The notes under the pieces were generated by a model, which had not been told where the DNA came from, did not search any database, and worked only from the letters and a program-made list of their open reading frames with translations. Both the position numbers and the translations under genes were made by a program. A DNA stretch of 64,000 bases from an uncultured Bacteroidales bacterium (GTDB taxonomy: Bacteria; Bacteroidota; Bacteroidia; Bacteroidales; VadinHA17), in NCBI GenBank assembly GCA_963789465.1, contig CAWBLL010000016.1, forward strand, positions 135,544-199,543, written 5' to 3'. Every line of letters starts with the position of its first letter. The stretch's first letter is position 1. Of this stretch, positions 58,358 to 64,000 are shown piece by piece.

Positions 58358-60159
58358 GGATCATGCAGAATATCCGAAAAAAAACACGTCTGTTCCGGGA
58401 ATCCATCCTTCTGGTCTGGAAGAGTTCTCCGGTCTGGGCGACTGCAAATATCCTGATATCGGTTCTCAGAAGTTTTCTTCCACTGATCCTTATCTGGCTG
58501 TTAAAGGTTCTCATCGATGATATCAGCGCTGCAGCAGCAAATGGATCAGGAATTGTTTCAGGAAACCTTCTCCGTATGATCATAGCAGTTGTGACGGTAT
58601 ATTTTATTGATGAAGGGCTGTCTGACCTCAGCAATTTCATCAGGAAGAAGCAGGCACTTAAACTTGAAGTCTACATGTATGACCTTCTTCATATAAAGTC
58701 AGTGAAGCTTGATCTGATTAACTTTGAAAAGCCTGAATATTTTGATTGCCTGTCACGCGCCACAAGAGAAGCGCCCTGGCGACCCAATTCCATCCTGAAC
58801 AACCTTGTTGCCTTTCTTCGGGGACTCATCTCACTGCTTCTTATGGCCGGACTTATACTAACACTGAACTGGGCAATTGCAGTTGTTCTTCTTGTTGCCA
58901 ACATACCTGCTATATGGCTTCGGCTTCATTATGCCGGGATACTTTATAATTTTCAAAGAGAACAGACACCCGAGGCGCGGAAATCAGCATATTTCAACTG
59001 GCTGCTTACCGGAGAGAGGCCATCCAGAGAAATAAGGCTTTTCGGATTGGGTAACTATTTCATCAATCTTTTTAAAAAATCGTTTATAAAGCAAAAAGAG
59101 GATGAAATAGCAATTATCCGCAAAAGAACTGCTATTGAACTTGTTTCTGACCTTTTCAAGGCTTCTGCCTTTCTGGTCACATTATGGTATATCGCACAGA
59201 AAACTACCACAGGAAGCCTTTCCATCGGGCAGATGGCAATGTTCCTGCTTGCATTCAGACAGGGAATGATGTATATCAAGGATCTCTTCAGCTCGATGGC
59301 AGGACTTTATGAAGACAGCCTTTTCATTGAAGATACATTCGAGTTCCTCGAACTCGAGGAGAATATCAAAGCTGAAAGTCCGGTATCGGTGCCATCAACA
59401 CTACAGAGAAATATAGTTGTCGAAAATCTGTCTTTCACCTATCCGGGCAATAACCGGAAAACATTAAATAATATCTCGTTTGAAGTGGGGAAAGGAGAAG
59501 TTATTGCTCTTGTCGGGCCCAATGGAGCTGGAAAGAGTACACTGGCAAGGATTTTATGCAGGCTTTATGATCCGGATTCAGGTTCAGTAATTTATGACGG
59601 GCAGAATATAAAAAACATGAACCCCGATGAATACAGGAAATTCTTCTCTGTCGTTTTTCAGGATTTTATGCTTTACAACCTCAATGCAGGCGAGAATATC
59701 AGGATGGGCAATATCGATGAAGAAACCGGTAGCGACAAAATACGGTCCGCTGCAGTAAATGCCGGTATTGATGAGCTCATCTCCGGTCTTCCGGACGGAT
59801 ACGACACCCCTATAGGAAATCTGTTTGACAACAGCAGGGAACTGAGCTGGGGAGAATGGCAGAAGATAGCTATTGCCAGGGCTCTCTTCAGGGAGGCGCC
59901 TGTTCTAATTCTCGATGAACCATCAAGCTCCCTCGATGCCGATACGGAATATGAGATTTTTAGCCGGTTCAGGGAGATTGTCAAAGGGCGCACTTCAATA
60001 TTAATCAGTCACAGGTTTGTCAATGTGAGCCTCGCCGACAGGATCATCGTACTTGATAAGGGATCAGTGATCGAAACCGGGACACATGATAAACTGATGG
60101 ACAATGGCGGTTTATACAGCAAAATGTTCATGAAACAAAGCAGCCGCTTCAACAATTAG
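58339..60159 (+). CDS. ABC exporter, fused permease and ATPase
   Basis: 606 aa. Six-TM N-terminal half, then Walker A GPNGAGKST, LSWGEWQKIAIARA and ILDEPSS. Confidence 0.85.
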   Translation: MEEIKVRIMQNIRKKTRLFRESILLVWKSSPVWATANILISVLRSFLPLILIWLLKVLIDDISAAAANGSGIVSGNLLRMIIAVVTVYFIDEGLSDLSNFIRKKQALKLEVYMYDLLHIKSVKLDLINFEKPEYFDCLSRATREAPWRPNSILNNLVAFLRGLISLLLMAGLILTLNWAIAVVLLVANIPAIWLRLHYAGILYNFQREQTPEARKSAYFNWLLTGERPSREIRLFGLGNYFINLFKKSFIKQKEDEIAIIRKRTAIELVSDLFKASAFLVTLWYIAQKTTTGSLSIGQMAMFLLAFRQGMMYIKDLFSSMAGLYEDSLFIEDTFEFLELEENIKAESPVSVPSTLQRNIVVENLSFTYPGNNRKTLNNISFEVGKGEVIALVGPNGAGKSTLARILCRLYDPDSGSVIYDGQNIKNMNPDEYRKFFSVVFQDFMLYNLNAGENIRMGNIDEETGSDKIRSAAVNAGIDELISGLPDGYDTPIGNLFDNSRELSWGEWQKIAIARALFREAPVLILDEPSSSLDADTEYEIFSRFREIVKGRTSILISHRFVNVSLADRIIVLDKGSVIETGTHDKLMDNGGLYSKMFMKQSSRFNN

Positions 60160-60207
60160 CCTTTACCAGGAAGGAAATCATTCATTTGACTGAGGCAATT
60201 CCAGTTT

Positions 60208-60380
60208 AGGGGGTGTTGAAAAAATCTTTTTAACCGCGCTAAATTGGCCCAAATCACTCAACTTCAAAGCATTGATATTAATCCTGATAGCTATCAGAGC
60301 TTTGCGTCTCGATAGCTATCAGGATTTGCGGCAATTCTTTGTGAAATGTGCGGTTAATGGATTTTGACTTTTGAGACAGC
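60208..60380. repeat. MITE-like intergenic element (copy 2, inverted relative to copy 1)
   Basis: Its ends are GGGGGTGTTGAAAAAATCTTTTTAACCGCG and ...TGCGGTTAATGGATTTTGACTTTTGAGACAGCC. It has two GATAGCTATC palindromes. The 24-mer at 60348-60371 is the reverse complement of 38880-38903. Confidence 0.65.
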
Positions 60381-60517
60381 CTGGAGTCATGACAATGAAT
60401 CACTGATTATCTTCATTTTAATAGTAATTTTTTTGCAAAAAAGTTTTTTTGTTTAAAAATATTTTGTTTAATTTTATAGTGATGTTGCTAGTCAAATAGG
60501 TTTATCATTTAAGGAAG

Positions 60518-60727
60518 ATGAACAAGTTCAGAAAAGAGACTCTGAAAGTCCGGCTTTTAAAACTTGCTGAACTGAAGTGCACAGGGGCGCCTGCAGATCT
60601 GGCTTTAAGATTTGAAATCAGTGAGCGTCATGTCAAGAGAATTGTCAAGGAGATCCGGGATGACGGTACTGAGATTTGGTACAGTCCGACAAGGAGGTCA
60701 TATATTACTGGGGAAGAGTATCAATAG
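60518..60727 (+). CDS. small HTH-domain protein (YafY/DeoR N-terminal-like)
   Basis: 69 aa. LLKLAELKCTGAPADLALRFEISERHVKRIVKEIRDDG is a helix-turn-helix pattern. Confidence 0.55.
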   Translation: MNKFRKETLKVRLLKLAELKCTGAPADLALRFEISERHVKRIVKEIRDDGTEIWYSPTRRSYITGEEYQ

Positions 60728-60960
60728 TCAAAAAAAAATGTGATTTTTTGATTATTATGTCCCCGGCTCTTTTTAAAATTGTATTAGCAATGAGATATAT
60801 CCTGTTCTTCTCACTAAAATGAATATTATGACTTAGTGTTTTGAGATTTGAGGGGTTATGTTTACTCAGGGCTTCGTTTTTTCCAGGGCAAGTCTCGCTG
60901 CATTCCGTGCTAATGCGGGTTCTTGATGAACTGCCGGTCTCCTAGGCCGACGACCCCACT

Positions 60961-60996
60961 CCCCGGGAAATGATCCAACATTTTCCGGGGTTTTTT
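60961..60996 (+). terminator. intrinsic terminator
   Basis: CCCCGGGAAAT-GATCCAAC-ATTTTCCGGGG (11-nt arms with one mismatch) followed by TTTTTT. Confidence 0.65.
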
Positions 60997-61083
60997 ATGT
61001 CTGGACTAAAACCATTACATTATATGAAGCTGATTGGAATGGCAGGTGTCCCCTGAAAGTGATAAGAAATATATCAACAAGAA

Positions 61084-61284
61084 CTATTTTGCATTATTGA
61101 TTTTACGGATCTCCATATACATGGCCACTGCCCCGAGAAGACATATAAAAGTCATAAAAATAGTCAGAAAGAGATTCCTTCCAGAGGGGCTGAAAATGAG
61201 GATAAATGTGAACAGGAGAATTGAAATAGTGAGGTTAGCAGTGAGGAGTATCTTGTACAAAAGTAATTTGCTCATAAGGCTCAA
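61084..61284 (-). CDS. possible small two-TM hydrophobic protein
   Basis: 66-aa ORF (TTG at 61284, or ATG at 61274 giving MSKLLLYKILL...). It has two hydrophobic stretches. There is no family match or conservation evidence. Confidence 0.25.
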   Translation of the reverse strand: MSLMSKLLLYKILLTANLTISILLFTFILIFSPSGRNLFLTIFMTFICLLGAVAMYMEIRKINNAK

Positions 61285-61460
61285 TTTTTATCAGTAATAA
61301 TTCCGTTTTTTCACATTTTCCAGTATCATGATTCCTTGATCAGGGTTAGATGCCCGGTCTTTAATAATTTTCATCACAAAGGTAAAGAAAGGAGTTCTAA
61401 ATCGTACAATCTGATGTAGGATTATGTAATAATTATGAACCAGTAAGCCGGCCTGATTAC

Positions 61461-64000
61461 GGGCTGAAGCCCGGACTTAGAGGACCCTCCCCTGATCACT
61501 CTCTGCCCGGAGACCTGTCATACTGATCGCCGCTCCGCCGGCCAGGGCAGTGGTCCCAGCATGTAAGCAGCTCTGCCTGACAAACGCCGGGCTTCAGCCC
61601 GGTGTTGACGATCGCCAGCATGGGTTGGGCTTTAGCCCGGAACAAGCATGGGATGATGACAGTCCCTGGTGGATCCCATCTCCACCATGGCACTCCTTGA
61701 AGAGAGTCACTGCCTGGGGGTTAGGATGTCCGGGCTGAAGCCCGGACTTAGAAGACTCTCCCCATATCACTCTCTGTCCGGATAGCTGTCATACTGATCG
61801 CCGCTCCGCCGGCCAGGGCAGTGGTCCCAGCATGTAAGCAGCTCTGCCTGACAAACGCCGGGCTTCAGCCCGGTGTTGACGATCGCCAGCATGGGTTGGG
61901 CTTTAGCCCGGAACAAGCATGGGATGATGACAGTCCCTGGTGGATCCCATCTCCACCACGGCACTCCTTGAAGAGAGTCACTGCCTGGGGGTTAGTATAT
62001 CCGGGCTGAAGCCCGGACTTAGAGGACCCTCCCCTGATCAATCTCTGCCCGGATAGCTGTCATACTGATCGCCGCTCCGCCGGCCAGGGCAGTGGTCCCA
62101 GCATGTAAGCAGCTCTGCCTGACAAACGCCGGGCTTCAGCCCGGTGTTGACGATCGCCAGCATGGGTTGGGCTTTAGCCCGGAACAAGCATGGGATGATG
62201 ACAGTCCCTGGTGGATCCCATCTCCACCACGGCACTCCTTGAAGAGAGTCACTGCCAGGGGGTTAGTATGTCCGGGCTGAAGCCCGGACTTAGAGGATCC
62301 TCTCCTGATCAATCTCTGCCCGGAGAGCTGTCATACTGATCGCCGCTCCGCCGGCCAGGGCAGTGGTCCCAGCATGTAAGCAGCTCTGCCTGACAAACGC
62401 CGGGCTTCAGCCCGGTGTTGACGATCGCCAGCATGGGTTGGGCTTTAGCCCGGAACAAGCATGGGATGATGACAGTCCCTGGTGGATCCCATCTCCACCA
62501 TGGCACTCCTTGAAGAGAGTCACTGCCAGGGGGTTAGTATGTCCGGGCTGAAGCCCGGACTTAGAGGACTCTCCCCATATCACTCTCTGCCCGGAGAGCT
62601 GTCATACTGATCGCCGCTCCGCCGGCCAGGGCAGTGGTCCCAGCATGTAAGCAGCTCTGCCTGACAAACGCCGGGCTTCAGCCCGGTGTTGACGATCGCC
62701 AGCATGGGTTGGGCTTTAGCCCGGAACAAGCATGGGATGATGACAGTCCCTGGTGGATCCCATCTCCACCATGGCACTCCTTGAAGAGAGTCACTGCCAG
62801 GGGGTTAGTATGTCCGGGCTGAAGCCCGGACTTAGAGGACTCTCCCCATATCACTCTCTGCCCGGAGAGCTGTCATACTGATCGCCGCTCCGCCGGCCAG
62901 GGCAGTGGTCCCAGCATGTAAGCAGCTCTGCCTGACAAACGCCGGGCTTCAGCCCGGTGTTGACGATCGCCAGCATGGGTTGGGCTTTAGCCCGGAACAA
63001 GCATGGGATGATGACAGTCCCTGGTGGATCCCATCTCCACCACGGCACTCCTTGAAGAGAGTCACTGCCAGGGGGTTAGTATGTCCGGGCTGAAGCCCGG
63101 ACTTAGAGGACCCTCCCCATGATCACTCTCTGCCCGTAGAGCTGTCATACTGATCGCCGCTCCGCCGGCCAGGGCAGTGGTCTCAGCATGTAAGCAGCTC
63201 TGCCTGACAAACGCCGGGCTTCAGCCCGGTGTTGACGATCGCCAGCATGGGTTGGGCTTTAGCCCGGAACAAGCATGGGATGATGACAGTCCCTGGTGGA
63301 TCCCATCTCCACCATGGCACTCCTTGAAGAGAGTCACTGCCAGGGGGTTAGTATGTCCGGGCTGAAGCCCGGACTTAGAGGACCCTCCCCATATCACTCT
63401 CTGCCCGTAGAGCTGTCATACTGATCGCCGCTCCGCCGGCCAGGGCAGTGGTCCCAGCATGTAAGCAGCTCTGCCTGACAAACGCCGGGCTTCAGCCCGG
63501 TGTTGACGATCGCCCGCATGGGTTGGGCTTTAGCCCGGAACAAGCATGGGATGATGACAGTCCCTGGTGGATCCCATCTCCACCATGGCACTCCTTGAAG
63601 AGAGTCACTGCCAGGGGGTTAGTATGTCCGGGCTGAAGCCGGACTTAGAGGACCCTCCCCATATCACTCTCTGCCCGTAGAGCTGTCATACTGATCGCCG
63701 CTCCGCCGGCCAGGGCAGTGGTCCCAGCATGTAAGCAGCTCTGCCTGACAAACGCCGGGCTTCAGCCCGGTGTTGACGATCGCCAGCATGGGTTGGGCTT
63801 TAGCCCGGAACAAGCATGGGATGATGACAGTCCCTGGTGGATCCCATCTCCACCACGGCACTCCTTAAAGAGAGTCACTGCCAGGGGGTTAGTATGTCCG
63901 GGCTGAAGCCCGGACTTAGAGGACTCTCCCCATATCACTCTCTGTCCGGATAGCTGTCATATTGATCGCCGCTCCGCCGGCCAGGGCAGTGGTCCCAGCA
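61461..64000. repeat. tandem array with a ~271-bp period, 9 full units plus a partial 10th, truncated by the window end
   Basis: The GGGCTGAAGCCCGG landmark occurs at 61461, 61732, 62003, 62274, 62545, 62816, 63087, 63359, 63630 and 63900. Units are near-identical outside one short variable segment. Confidence 0.97.

Noticed and set aside
61530-61570. An HDV-like ribozyme, suggested by GGUCCCAGC, which also occurs in the HDV ribozyme.
   Set aside because: I could not build the required P1/P1.1/P2 nested pseudoknot. The candidate P1 partner (GCCGGG) is locked in the CCGGGCTTCAGCCCGG hairpin.
61461-61731. A hammerhead core in the tandem unit.
   Set aside because: There is no CUGANGA box on either strand (only CTGATCG and CTGATCA).
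61496-63906. Repeated 65-aa (minus strand) and 62-aa (plus strand) ORFs, one pair per 271-bp unit. They could be tandem small genes or RiPP precursors.
   Set aside because: Both strands are open simply because the unit is GC-rich. The minus-strand ORF starts with GTG, has a W/P/C/G-rich composition unlike the host genes, and carries a TGG to TGA nonsense change in unit 7 (63182). Changes include non-synonymous ones on both strands. The few synonymous-looking changes (CCA/CCG, CAG/CAA) are too few to argue for coding. A coding role is not formally excluded without Ribo-seq.
61461-64000. A CRISPR array.
   Set aside because: The whole 271-nt unit repeats. There are no unique spacers between short repeats, and no cas genes in the window.

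Overview
This window looks like a chromosomal segment of a Bacteroidota genome. Supporting evidence is a complete type IX secretion / gliding core (porP-gldK-gldL-gldM-gldN), rpoN, and many TAnnTTTG -7 promoter motifs directly upstream of genes. All protein calls rest on motifs I recognised by reading the supplied translations; no database search was run. Most of the window is housekeeping: panCD, radA, PBP1A, topA, Mla-like ABC, trpS, rbfA, lolE-like, rpoN, asnS, metK, cysS, ispG and rnr. There is also a methionine operon (metY-hom-metH-metF) preceded by a clear SAM-I riboswitch. Six things deserve a second look. (1) A GC-rich, hairpin-dense tandem array with a ~271-bp period and at least 9.4 copies starts at 61461 and runs off the window end. 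It is neither CRISPR nor a protein repeat, and its variation is concentrated in one ~45-nt segment. (2) One 3195-nt ORF joins a DUF559 endonuclease-like domain, fifteen 63-bp (21-aa) tandem repeats and the essential IspG enzyme in frame. The DUF559 part is bracketed by inverted copies of a 15-mer from a GC-rich hairpin element. (3) A PqqD / HPr-kinase-like / S24-S26 peptidase / ABC-exporter cluster resembles a RiPP system but has no visible precursor or cyclase. (4) Three families of GC-rich palindromic or MITE-like intergenic elements are present, including a G/C-tract inverted repeat inside the met operon. (5) Five genes, including the essential trpS and asnS, are each interrupted by an apparent single-base insertion, four of them in homopolymer or dinucleotide runs. 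That pattern suggests systematic sequence error rather than decay. (6) An arginase-fold protein next to the T9SS genes appears to have lost its metal-ligand motifs. No rRNA, tRNA, CRISPR array or recognisable transposase was found.
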